Below are positions 8,010 through 16,947 of a DNA stretch of 40,000 nucleotides, in pieces. How positions within the stretch are numbered: position 1 is the first letter of the stretch; each line of letters opens with the position of its first letter. Below the pieces are notes generated by a model that ran no database searches, had not been told where the DNA came from, and saw nothing but the letters and a program-made list of their open reading frames with translations. The stretch is from Erwinia phage vB_EamM_MadMel: sequence record MG655269.1, one strand, 5' to 3'. The position numbers and the translations under genes were made by a program.

Positions 8010-8364
8010 AGTCCTGTCCCGAACCAAAGCCATCGTCCCGTGCGGTGAGCTGCTCGGGTCTTTGAAACGCCACCCTGGCGTGGGTGATGAAGCAGCCCAT
8101 GCTTTTATCACCGCCGGGGCGGTACATTTATTCCACGACCGTTATGTTGATCCCATCCTCAGTGTAGATGACCTGGCGTTAATTGGGGAGACCCGGGCCA
8201 GCGTCTTGACCGGTTTAGCGTACGAGTGGTTGCATGATCAGTTCACGATCATTCACAACGACATCAAACGACACGTCAAGCACTTTGACGAGTTGCGTGC
8301 CGACGACTACAGCTGGGAGGGGGATTGCATACATCTTGACTTGTCGCTTTACGATGAGGACTAA
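8002..8364 (+). CDS. Hypothetical protein (120 aa; ATG at 8002)
   Basis: Intact ORF with short overlap; ATG preferred to TTG at 7993. Confidence 0.7.
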   Translation: MSEVLSRTKAIVPCGELLGSLKRHPGVGDEAAHAFITAGAVHLFHDRYVDPILSVDDLALIGETRASVLTGLAYEWLHDQFTIIHNDIKRHVKHFDELRADDYSWEGDCIHLDLSLYDED

Positions 8365-8367
8365 CCT

Positions 8368-8952
8368 ATGCAGCAGCAGGAACTTACAGTACACCCGTTT
8401 TCACCCGCTTTTATTCCCCAGCCTATACACACACCGTTTATAGTGGATACGCCAGACTTAATATCATGGCTGAAGGCGCCAGTCAAGGGAGATCCTAATG
8501 ACCCTGACCGGATTGATACCACCAGTATCTATGTTCCACCGGAGGTTGAAATGAAACCCGTCGCTATCATCGATTTGTTCGGTTTATCCTGGACAAACCA
8601 CGGCGGGCTACTGACCATGTTCTCGCAGGTAAACCTGTTTGATCTGTTTGTCGAAGTGATCCACAAATCCCTGGGTCAGCCGTCTTACAACCTGTATCTG
8701 TTGAACGAATGGATTGAGGCGATGATGGGCGTGGGGGATTACTTCGATCCTGAGACCAACCTCCCACAACCGTCAATGGAAGAAGTCATGGTGATGCAGG
8801 ATGCATTGATGCGGATGTTCTGTGACTTCGTGGTTAACAACCAGAGCTTTATCATGAAAGTGCTTCAGCCGCTGTTAGTGAATCAGGCTGTGGATACGAT
8901 CAGTCTGCAGCAATTAAAAGCAGGTGGCAGTATTGTCGTTAATTTAGGGTGA
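8368..8952 (+). CDS. Hypothetical protein (194 aa)
   Basis: Intact ORF in array. Confidence 0.8.
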   Translation: MQQQELTVHPFSPAFIPQPIHTPFIVDTPDLISWLKAPVKGDPNDPDRIDTTSIYVPPEVEMKPVAIIDLFGLSWTNHGGLLTMFSQVNLFDLFVEVIHKSLGQPSYNLYLLNEWIEAMMGVGDYFDPETNLPQPSMEEVMVMQDALMRMFCDFVVNNQSFIMKVLQPLLVNQAVDTISLQQLKAGGSIVVNLG

Positions 8953-8960
8953 GGTAAGAA

Positions 8961-9344
8961 ATGAATACGCTTGTCGTATTAGACCTGAAACCCAGTTGGG
9001 TATATCTTCGGGCGTGTTATGACCGCAGTACGGCTAATACCCTGATGATTCCCTTCGACCGTTTTCTGGAGATTGTCTTAGAAGCGTACACGGCCGAGTT
9101 AAATAAGCCGGGGAGTTCGGATGTGATCTTGGAAGCCCTGGTTGACTTTGGCGAGCTCCAACCGATGATCGATCAATCGGATATGGTGAAGCGCGAGATC
9201 TGTATGGCATCCAATGTCATCGACGAGCAGCTGACCTATGCGATGGCTGGCTATTTTGGCGTGGAGTATTTAGGCGGGGTATCACAGATGCGGATTACCC
9301 CACATCGAACCTTAGAAGTGTATTACGGTAAGGAGGTCACATGA
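8961..9344 (+). CDS. Hypothetical protein (127 aa)
   Basis: RBS gaggtaag, ATG, intact ORF. Confidence 0.8.
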   Translation: MNTLVVLDLKPSWVYLRACYDRSTANTLMIPFDRFLEIVLEAYTAELNKPGSSDVILEALVDFGELQPMIDQSDMVKREICMASNVIDEQLTYAMAGYFGVEYLGGVSQMRITPHRTLEVYYGKEVT

Positions 9345-9769
9345 GCATTACCCGCGTGTCGTTGATCTTCAATATCATGCCGGATGCCGAAAAGCGAATG
9401 TATGAAGGTGTGCGAAAAACACTGACGGATGTGGGTGAGGTTGACCGCAACACCCTTGTCTATCTGGCACTGAATGAATTAACCCTGGGGCGTACCATCG
9501 CACACACCCCAACAATGTCTATGGCGGCGAAGATCCCGGTGATCTTTCCTCAGTACTCATACACCGCGCATGAAGCCATCAAGCAAGCCGTTATGGTTGT
9601 TGCCTCTGAACTGTACAAGGAGTTCTTTACCATTCTGGAAGGCGCCCACATGAGTTACCCCGCCGTGCTGTCACAAGCCGGTATCAGTGGGTGTTCGGTG
9701 AGCACCATCTTTGACAGTCATGAGGAGCCACGGCCATGCAACTGGCAGTACTCGAGTTCACCCCAATAA
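9341..9769 (+). CDS. Hypothetical protein (142 aa)
   Basis: ATGA overlap with upstream gene. Confidence 0.75.
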   Translation: MSITRVSLIFNIMPDAEKRMYEGVRKTLTDVGEVDRNTLVYLALNELTLGRTIAHTPTMSMAAKIPVIFPQYSYTAHEAIKQAVMVVASELYKEFFTILEGAHMSYPAVLSQAGISGCSVSTIFDSHEEPRPCNWQYSSSPQ

Positions 9770-10317
9770 TGCAGGACATCCAGACCACCTTGACTACGAT
9801 GAGCAACATGGTTGTTAATCATGTGCAAATCACTCAAGCGGTCTGTGCTGGGTTTCCCGTGAAAGCCAGTTCAGCCAGTGAGCTGGATGTGTTGATCAGC
9901 AATACCCCAGGTTATCTCAGTCAACAGGATATCGAGAAGGTGCACCTGTGTGGTGAGCTGATCTTTGATTTCCTGGTTCAGCAACTGCAGCCCTATGCAG
10001 TACCTCGGTTGTTGCGTTACGGTTGTCCTGGCTTTTTCCAAACTCAAGGTTATGTCCTGATGTCGCAATATCACGACGACACCTTCTTCAAAGAGTTTGT
10101 GAACATCCAGGCGAACATCACAACCCAGCAACTCCCAATCAGGAAACTGATGACATTGGAACAGGTGGCTGAAAACAGTGAGATGCGGATAGCCGAGCTC
10201 ACTGCAATGCAGCTTAGCGGGGATAACAGCGTTGAAGTACATCGGCAAATTGCCAGACATCAAAACTATCTCGATCGGTGCTCCGGTGAGATGGCGAAGA
10301 TAAGAATAAAACAATAA
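9769..10317 (+). CDS. Hypothetical protein (TAATG-coupled start at 9769)
   Basis: TAATG overlap with the upstream stop; 9736 is the alternative longer start. Confidence 0.7.
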   Translation: MQDIQTTLTTMSNMVVNHVQITQAVCAGFPVKASSASELDVLISNTPGYLSQQDIEKVHLCGELIFDFLVQQLQPYAVPRLLRYGCPGFFQTQGYVLMSQYHDDTFFKEFVNIQANITTQQLPIRKLMTLEQVAENSEMRIAELTAMQLSGDNSVEVHRQIARHQNYLDRCSGEMAKIRIKQ

Positions 10318-10336
10318 CAGCAAAGAAGGTTTGCAC

Positions 10337-10639
10337 ATGGTTATCATCGACCGCAATCCAGAGTTTGAACATATCGTGGATGCCATCAAGCACCTGATAG
10401 ACCCTGACGCGCCTGATGGTGTGTCTGTTAAAAGCATTAACGATGTTATCGATGACCTTCGCCACCACTACCACATGCGGTCGAACATTGTTGATATGGA
10501 CCCGGACATTGCAGCATTGCATGAGCCATTTTATGTGGCACTTAACAATCTCTTAATCCGGTATGGTTTTCAAGAAGACCAGATCATCAATTTCATCATC
10601 AGTGATAAGCATGCAAACTTTGTGCTCATCACAACGTAA
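10337..10639 (+). CDS. Hypothetical protein (100 aa)
   Basis: RBS aagaagg, ATG at 10337. Confidence 0.7.
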   Translation: MVIIDRNPEFEHIVDAIKHLIDPDAPDGVSVKSINDVIDDLRHHYHMRSNIVDMDPDIAALHEPFYVALNNLLIRYGFQEDQIINFIISDKHANFVLITT

Positions 10640-10650
10640 CACTTGGGAGT

Positions 10651-11076
10651 GTGCACGTGTCAAAAAGCTATGCAGATCTCGTCAAGGGCGCGATCGTCGA
10701 CTTTAATGTGGTGGCGCCAGATATCCTGGGCGAAGGGTTTACCTCATGTACGGTCAATGGTCGCTTTGATGCCGATACCGCTAACCTGCTTGGGTTGGAT
10801 GTCCAGGCGAAACACCAGAACCTGTACCCGCTGGTGAAACCCCAAGGCATCCCGGATAATCCTGATAGCTACGACTTTATCAAGGTAACCAAAACCAGTG
10901 GCGCGCAAGCGATCCTGTGGCTACCCTGGATTGTCGAATCAACGATCGCCCCGGTCTCTCGTAACAAGATCAATGTGGTGATTGAAGACGTGGGATCAAA
11001 AGACATCGCTGTGGTTAAAGCCGCACTGGAGTCTAACGGTTATCTGAATGCAGTGGTTACCCTGATTGACAATTAA
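10651..11076 (+). CDS. Hypothetical protein (141 aa, GTG start)
   Basis: Intact ORF ending just before a terminator hairpin. Confidence 0.7.
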   Translation: MHVSKSYADLVKGAIVDFNVVAPDILGEGFTSCTVNGRFDADTANLLGLDVQAKHQNLYPLVKPQGIPDNPDSYDFIKVTKTSGAQAILWLPWIVESTIAPVSRNKINVVIEDVGSKDIAVVKAALESNGYLNAVVTLIDN

Positions 11077-11084
11077 TAATAAAC

Positions 11085-11110
11085 GCCTGTGGGTTTCCAC
11101 AGGCTTTATG
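11085..11110 (+). terminator. Terminator hairpin GCCTGTGG-GTTT-CCACAGGC followed by TTTATG and poly-T
   Basis: Perfect 8-bp stem plus TTTATG and a downstream T-run. Confidence 0.75.
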
Positions 11111-11201
11111 ACCCACTTCTTTTTTTTTTGTTATCAACTATTTCCTTACATGGATCGTCTAATCATTTAGAGAGTTAAGCCAGCGCTAAGGATATCCTGC
11201 C

Positions 11202-13313
11202 ATGGATTTATTCATTAACCACCCGAGTGAGTATAAACGCGATTACCGTATTTATCATCACTACGTTGAAGGAAAGGCACTTGCCATTTCCAAGATCACC
11301 GGCCGTCCGCTTGATGAAGCACGTGAGTACGTTACCCGTGTTACCGGCGAGACCGGGAAGTTTGCGTTACAAGATCCCCGGGTTAAAATCCTGGTGCGGA
11401 ACAAAGTGGGTGACCGTGAACTGAAGTACACCACCTTTAATAAGTTTCTGAAGGCCGTAGAGGACCGTGGTGCGATTTTATCGCCGAGCCTGACTGCTTA
11501 CCTACATCCGAAAGAGAAGGTCTCACAATACGCTGTATCGACTGATAAGAACATCAAAGCGCGTAAAGTGATTAAGCATGAGATGTTCATCGCCGAGCAA
11601 CGCGGCGACATGGTGACCAAGAACGTAAAAGAGATCATGCAGACTGGGCGTAAGCTCACCAACAACGGAATGTCCGGCGGGTTCTGTACTGCATCGACGC
11701 CGTTCTTCTGCCGATCAGCCCACAGCTCACTGACCTCCTGTTGTCGTAGTGCTACCAGTTCCACCAATGCCTTCAACGAGAAGTTCTTGGCCGGGAACCG
11801 CCACTACTACAGTCCCGAGATTACCATTGAGTCGATTACTACGCTGATCCGCTTCAGTGACCTGGAGAAAATCCAGGCGGTCATGGCCGAGTTTAATCTG
11901 CAAGCACCAACCGTCACCCAGACCATGGCCTGTATCTATCGCAGTACTCGGCGTTATTGGTCTGATAAGTACTTCATGGGGGTGATCTTAAAACTCATTG
12001 AAGGGTTGACGGATGTTGAACGTGCAGCCTTCATGTTTGTCTCTGATCTCTATCACCTGCGTGAAGTCAACCCGGACTTTGTGCGCAAGTTCTTAATCGA
12101 TCTGGCAGAGCGCAGTGAAGAACAGCTGGCTGACGATGTGAAGATGAAGGATGGGGATTGCCGTATCCTGGCAACCATGAAGTGTGCGGACGATATCGCG
12201 CGTATCGGGACAAAGAACCTGGAGCACAGCGAAGAGTTCAAAGCACGCCTGAAAGCGAACTATGTATTGAGTGAACGCAACATCACGCAATATGAATCGT
12301 TCATCCGTGCCTTCTTTGTTACCAAGAACACCCCGACCAGTATTGCCATGATGCCGCACCATGTGCGTGAAGTGGTATTGGCATCCGATACCGACTCCTC
12401 AATCTTTACCGAGCAGATCTGGATTGACTGGATTCAGCCAGACTACTCCAAACGCCAAGAACGTATCCAGGTAAACGCCGCAGTAACTTTCCTGATCTCG
12501 CAGCAGGTCGTGCATTTACTGGCAATCGTTTCGGGTAACATCGGGGTAGCGGACGAACATCTGTTCCGTCTGGCAATGAAGAACGAATACTACTTCGAAA
12601 CGTTTGTGTTGACCAATATGGGTAAACACTACTTTGCGACCCAGGCTGCCCGTGAAGGGAACTTCTTCCCGAAACCTAAGCTTGAACTCAAGGGTGTGCA
12701 CCTACGCAACTCTAACGTACCGAAAGAGATTCGAGACCGCGGTAACAAACTGATCAACGACATCCTGGATAAGTCCAACGTCAATGAGCAGTTCTCGGTG
12801 GTAGATCTGTTAAACCAGGTTGGGGATATAGAGCGCTTCATCATCAACTCCATTACCAAAGGCGAGACGATCTTCTTAACCAAAGCCACGATCAAGGATA
12901 AGGGGTCTTACGCTAAACCGTACAGCTCAAACTACTACCACTACTGTATGTGGCAGGAAGTCTTTGCTGAGAAATACGGTCAAGCACCGCCATTGCAATA
13001 CATTGGTCTGAAAGCGAAGTTGGGCTTAAGCTCACAAACCGCCGTGAACGACTGGCTGGACAGCTTAGAAGATCAAGCCCTGGCTGAACGTATGCGTAAG
13101 TTCTTAGTGAAGTACGGCAAGAAGTCGATCACCCAGGTGGTCATGCCGGCAGATATCGTGATGAACATGGGTGTGCCACCTGAGATCATTGCCGGTATCG
13201 ATCTGCGTAACCTGATCATGGAGAACCTGTCCATGGTGTATTCGTGTCTTGAATCGCTAGGCCTTTATTACGTAAACGACAACGCAACCAAACTGGTATC
13301 TGACGAACATTAA
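11202..13313 (+). CDS. Divergent phiKZ-type family-B DNA polymerase fragment (703 aa), motifs B and C present
   Basis: KLTNNGMSGG (motif B KxxxNSxYG-like) and VVLASDTDSSIFTE (motif C DTDS). No clear exonuclease or motif A (SLYPS). Confidence 0.6.
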   Translation: MDLFINHPSEYKRDYRIYHHYVEGKALAISKITGRPLDEAREYVTRVTGETGKFALQDPRVKILVRNKVGDRELKYTTFNKFLKAVEDRGAILSPSLTAYLHPKEKVSQYAVSTDKNIKARKVIKHEMFIAEQRGDMVTKNVKEIMQTGRKLTNNGMSGGFCTASTPFFCRSAHSSLTSCCRSATSSTNAFNEKFLAGNRHYYSPEITIESITTLIRFSDLEKIQAVMAEFNLQAPTVTQTMACIYRSTRRYWSDKYFMGVILKLIEGLTDVERAAFMFVSDLYHLREVNPDFVRKFLIDLAERSEEQLADDVKMKDGDCRILATMKCADDIARIGTKNLEHSEEFKARLKANYVLSERNITQYESFIRAFFVTKNTPTSIAMMPHHVREVVLASDTDSSIFTEQIWIDWIQPDYSKRQERIQVNAAVTFLISQQVVHLLAIVSGNIGVADEHLFRLAMKNEYYFETFVLTNMGKHYFATQAAREGNFFPKPKLELKGVHLRNSNVPKEIRDRGNKLINDILDKSNVNEQFSVVDLLNQVGDIERFIINSITKGETIFLTKATIKDKGSYAKPYSSNYYHYCMWQEVFAEKYGQAPPLQYIGLKAKLGLSSQTAVNDWLDSLEDQALAERMRKFLVKYGKKSITQVVMPADIVMNMGVPPEIIAGIDLRNLIMENLSMVYSCLESLGLYYVNDNATKLVSDEH

Positions 13314-13320
13314 TCTCCGT

Positions 13321-13376
13321 CGGCATAAAGGCCTCTTAGCGGGATAACCCCCGCTAAGAGCGCCCTTTTATTTATG
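13321..13376. terminator. Bidirectional terminator: CGGCATAAA + 11-bp hairpin + TTTATG
   Basis: CTCTTAGCGGG (13333-13343) / CCCGCTAAGAG (13350-13360) between convergent genes. Confidence 0.8.
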
Positions 13377-14484
13377 TGTCTTTGCCGGTGATCATATTCT
13401 GGATATGGGTCAGTTCGTAATCGATGGTGTTCTTGACCTTGCTGGTTAAACCACTCAGATAGAAGGTGTTGTCTGACCGGATGCGTTGAATGGCGTGCAA
13501 GATGGTGTTGAAGTTCGCCCCCTCTTTTCGCCGTTTAAACGACACCTCCAGCTCCACCAGGAAATCGATCACCCAGGTGCGGGCGATGATCCACGCCCAA
13601 CGGTTCTGTCGCATCTCCATGTCAATCGGTAACCGGATCGCATCGTACCCGTTTCGCCAGACAGTAGGGATATGCAGTAACACCGCTTCAAAGAACCGCT
13701 GACTGCGTTGGAGCTCCACCACAGTTCTAACAATCACCTGATCGGTGATGGCCAGTTCATCGTTGAGCCAGAAGCTTTGTCTGACATTGCGGGTTTCCCG
13801 TAAGTCATTATCATAGCGACCGATAAAGCGATTGAAGATGGCGATGTCATTGTGGGACTTGAGCAGATTGGGGATCGGGTACTTGGTGACGAACAGATAG
13901 GGCGCGGGTGCTGTTGCGCCATCTTTGGTTTGCTCACGCAACCACATCAAGTACTGCAGTGCTAATAAAGGAATGTTGATACTGAGTACCGCGATCCCTG
14001 AGCCGCCTAAGTCATGCTTCTTACAGAGCAAACCGTAGTAGGTGACATTATAAGGGTGGCGATGGACTTTGATCGGTTCCGCATCTTGCCAGTTATACAG
14101 CATCTCCGGTTTAAACGGTTCAGAGTTGGTGATGATGATCTCATCTACCGAGTCGTCGTAGAACTGAGAGCGCACGATGGCACCGAAGCGTGTGGCACTG
14201 GTTAAGTTGAATTTATTACCATAGCGGTAATCCACGGCCCGTAGGTCATCGTAGTACTTTCGTACATTATCGAGAGATAATTGTGTAAGACTGCCGCCTG
14301 GTAGTGGTAACTCCTTTATGAGCTTCACCACCAGATGGTTATTCAATATGGAATTCTCGTTTGACCGCCAATGGTTAAGCGCACGTTCCATATTGCGATG
14401 GGAAATATCGACAAGTCTTTTGTGCAGCGGCGTCAACATGCTACCGTAATTGGTAGTGACGTCAGAGGCAAATAGGTTAAGCAT
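13372..14484 (-). CDS. Hypothetical protein (370 aa)
   Basis: Long intact minus-strand ORF between convergent terminator and divergent promoter region. Confidence 0.85.
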   Translation of the reverse strand: MLNLFASDVTTNYGSMLTPLHKRLVDISHRNMERALNHWRSNENSILNNHLVVKLIKELPLPGGSLTQLSLDNVRKYYDDLRAVDYRYGNKFNLTSATRFGAIVRSQFYDDSVDEIIITNSEPFKPEMLYNWQDAEPIKVHRHPYNVTYYGLLCKKHDLGGSGIAVLSINIPLLALQYLMWLREQTKDGATAPAPYLFVTKYPIPNLLKSHNDIAIFNRFIGRYDNDLRETRNVRQSFWLNDELAITDQVIVRTVVELQRSQRFFEAVLLHIPTVWRNGYDAIRLPIDMEMRQNRWAWIIARTWVIDFLVELEVSFKRRKEGANFNTILHAIQRIRSDNTFYLSGLTSKVKNTIDYELTHIQNMITGKDT

Positions 14485-14625
14485 ACGACCTCTATTGACT
14501 ATATGTAAAAGTGTACATGGCTCGAGTATATATTATGTAAGAGGTCACACTCTTGACTCCCTGTTCACGCAGGGGGTCGAACTGAGGGTAATGCTGCCTC
14601 AAAAGGTAAATTCAAAAAAATTACA

Positions 14626-14657
14626 AGTCTATATTACGTATGTGTATAGAGTAATCT
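14626..14657 (+). promoter_or_regulatory. Promoter-like element AGTCTATATTACGTATGTGTATAGAGTAATCT
   Basis: Shares CTATATTAC...ATAGAGTAATCT with the element at 25307-25338 and resembles that at 25913-25943; contains TATATTAC, the phiKZ early promoter core as I recall it. Confidence 0.55.
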
Positions 14658-14706
14658 ATGCAACATTAGCTAATGTAAACTTGCAAGTAAATTAAAAGGA
14701 ATCGGT

Positions 14707-16842
14707 ATGAAAACTCCTGAAGGCGAAAACAAGGCACAGGGTCAGCAGCCATCTGACCAGCAGCAGCCTAACAATTCGGCAATGGGTGATGCGCTACTAC
14801 AAGCGCAACAGAGGCAGAGTCAGCAGCCACAGCAGCAGCAAACTCCGCCTCAACAAGCGCCGCAGTCAGCACCTCAACCAGTGCAAGCAGCAACCCAGCA
14901 ACAGCAACACACCCCACAATTTCATCAGACTGCAGGTAACAGCACCGTGAACAACACAACTAACAACACCAACACCGAACAACAGCAGCCGCGTCAGTCA
15001 CGCATTTACGGCATGAACGAACGCCGTTCTCGTATCTTCGACGCGACCGCGTTTGGTGAAAACTTTAAGATCGCGCTGGAAGCGACCAAAGAAGTGCTGG
15101 AAGGCTATGAAGATAAAGGTTTCAACAAATCTTTCTTCCTGGTTCCCGTTGCTGATGCAACCCTGCATTGCAATGGTCTGGCGTATGCGTCTGTGTTCAA
15201 CTTCGGCGGCAGCACCAAAGCGATCGTCTACACCCTGATGCTGGAAAACACCGGTTCTCCACTGAAGCCACAGCGCGGTAACGATCCACTGACGGGCGAA
15301 CCGTTTGAGATCCCACGCATGACCGGTTCTCAGTACGACAACACCTACTGGGCTCGTGTAGCACAGCTGGTCGCGCACCGTGTTGGTAACAACGCAGAAG
15401 TGCTGGATGCTGGCGCCTGTGTGGTGCACGCTGAGATGAAGTGGGACGACAAGTCTGCGATCAAACAGCTGCTGAACAACGCAGAAAACGCCACCATGGC
15501 GTATGCGAACAGCCTGTCTGGTTACCGTATCGAACCACCATTCAACATCGCGCAGGAAGTGGATCCGAACATCGACCGCATCACCGCGGGCTTTAACTTC
15601 AATCCACAGCCGCTGTTCACTGTTGATGGTCAGCCGATCCGTAACGACGTCGAAGTGAAACTGTCTGCTTACGCAGAAGGCGCAGGCCAGGTTCAGACCA
15701 CCGAAGCCATCACCACCGTGAACGGCTATGTTGAGCTGATCGCTGCACCGCAGCAGCAGATGGGTTATCAGCAGCAGATGATGATGGGCATGAACCCGCA
15801 GCAGGCGATGCAGTTCTACCGTCGCTTCTACCCGCAGTTCACCATCACTTCAACTGGTACCGGTATCTCTAACGCACAGGGTCCTGAGTTCCAGCTGCTG
15901 GCGCTGTTCGCTGCTTCACTGATTGGTGAAAACAGCAACTGGCACCATGCGTTTGCGCCGAAGATGGTAAACGGTGTCGATATCAACGATATCGGTGCGA
16001 TCAACTACGAACTGAAAATGGGTCTGGAAAGCCCAGATGACCGTCCGAAGAAGATCATCACCAAAGACCACAGCTTCACCACGCAGGCTCTGCATCAACT
16101 GCTGTACACCGCATGCCACGAATCCATGTCAATCGCGATCGACATCGAAGAGACCGGCACGCGTACCTGGGTTAACTCCATGCTGCTTCTGGCTGGCGGT
16201 CAACCAAACGGTAACGCTGCAGCACTGAGCCCACAGGGTCAGCAGGCGCACAAAGCGATCATCCAGGCGGCGAACAACCTGACCAACGGTGAGTTCAGCA
16301 AACACTTCACCGATCAGAACCAGCTGATTGCTGTACGTGACGGTACCCGTATTCAGGGTGGTTTCTACGTCTCTAAAGACAACCATCAGAAAATGGATAT
16401 CCGTAACGTCGACCTGCTGGCGGTTCTGAACTTCGTCGGTGAAACTGATCCGCGCATCGTGGAAGAGTGGAAAATCATCACCAGCTCTACTTCTGGTATG
16501 TCTACTCCGAAACGTGTCGCGCTGCGTCAGCAGAAACTGCAGCAGCTGCTGGGTGAGTCTTTCGTCCTGAAAGCTTACTACGAGCGTGTAGTGATCAACT
16601 GGGCATTCATGGATGCTCTGCGTAAAGCAATCACTGCAGCAGGTCTGATCGTGCGTCCGGAAAACACCAACATGCAGTACAACGTACAGAGCTACGGCAC
16701 GCCAATGGCGCAGCTGTACGGTATGCCTACCAACATCGGCAGCTCACTGCAGCAGGGCGCTTACGCAACCGACAACCAAGGTCGCGTAGTGAACATGGCA
16801 GCGTTCCGTACTGGTGGTGCATTCGGTACGTTCAACGGCTAA
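14707..16842 (+). CDS. chmA: Probable chimallin (phage nucleus shell protein), 711 aa with extended Gln/Pro/Asn-rich N-terminus
   Basis: Position directly upstream of RNAP beta'-N (as phiKZ gp54-gp55), highly uniform codon usage suggesting strong expression, own early-type promoter, presence of PhuZ and nvRNAP in the same genome. Assignment is by synteny, not sequence search. Confidence 0.6.
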   Translation: MKTPEGENKAQGQQPSDQQQPNNSAMGDALLQAQQRQSQQPQQQQTPPQQAPQSAPQPVQAATQQQQHTPQFHQTAGNSTVNNTTNNTNTEQQQPRQSRIYGMNERRSRIFDATAFGENFKIALEATKEVLEGYEDKGFNKSFFLVPVADATLHCNGLAYASVFNFGGSTKAIVYTLMLENTGSPLKPQRGNDPLTGEPFEIPRMTGSQYDNTYWARVAQLVAHRVGNNAEVLDAGACVVHAEMKWDDKSAIKQLLNNAENATMAYANSLSGYRIEPPFNIAQEVDPNIDRITAGFNFNPQPLFTVDGQPIRNDVEVKLSAYAEGAGQVQTTEAITTVNGYVELIAAPQQQMGYQQQMMMGMNPQQAMQFYRRFYPQFTITSTGTGISNAQGPEFQLLALFAASLIGENSNWHHAFAPKMVNGVDINDIGAINYELKMGLESPDDRPKKIITKDHSFTTQALHQLLYTACHESMSIAIDIEETGTRTWVNSMLLLAGGQPNGNAAALSPQGQQAHKAIIQAANNLTNGEFSKHFTDQNQLIAVRDGTRIQGGFYVSKDNHQKMDIRNVDLLAVLNFVGETDPRIVEEWKIITSSTSGMSTPKRVALRQQKLQQLLGESFVLKAYYERVVINWAFMDALRKAITAAGLIVRPENTNMQYNVQSYGTPMAQLYGMPTNIGSSLQQGAYATDNQGRVVNMAAFRTGGAFGTFNG

Positions 16843-16874
16843 TCCGGCGTTGTAAGCAAGCAGTAACATGAACG

Positions 16875-16907
16875 GGTAGGCGGGAAACCGCCTACCTTGT
16901 TTATGCC
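16875..16907 (+). terminator. Hairpin GGTAGGCGG-GAAA-CCGCCTACC then TTGTTTATGCC
   Basis: Perfect 9-bp stem, GAAA loop, TTATGCC variant. Confidence 0.75.
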
Positions 16908-16947
16908 CACTTTATTTTTTAGTAGTACGTAAAAAGGAAAACCGGTA

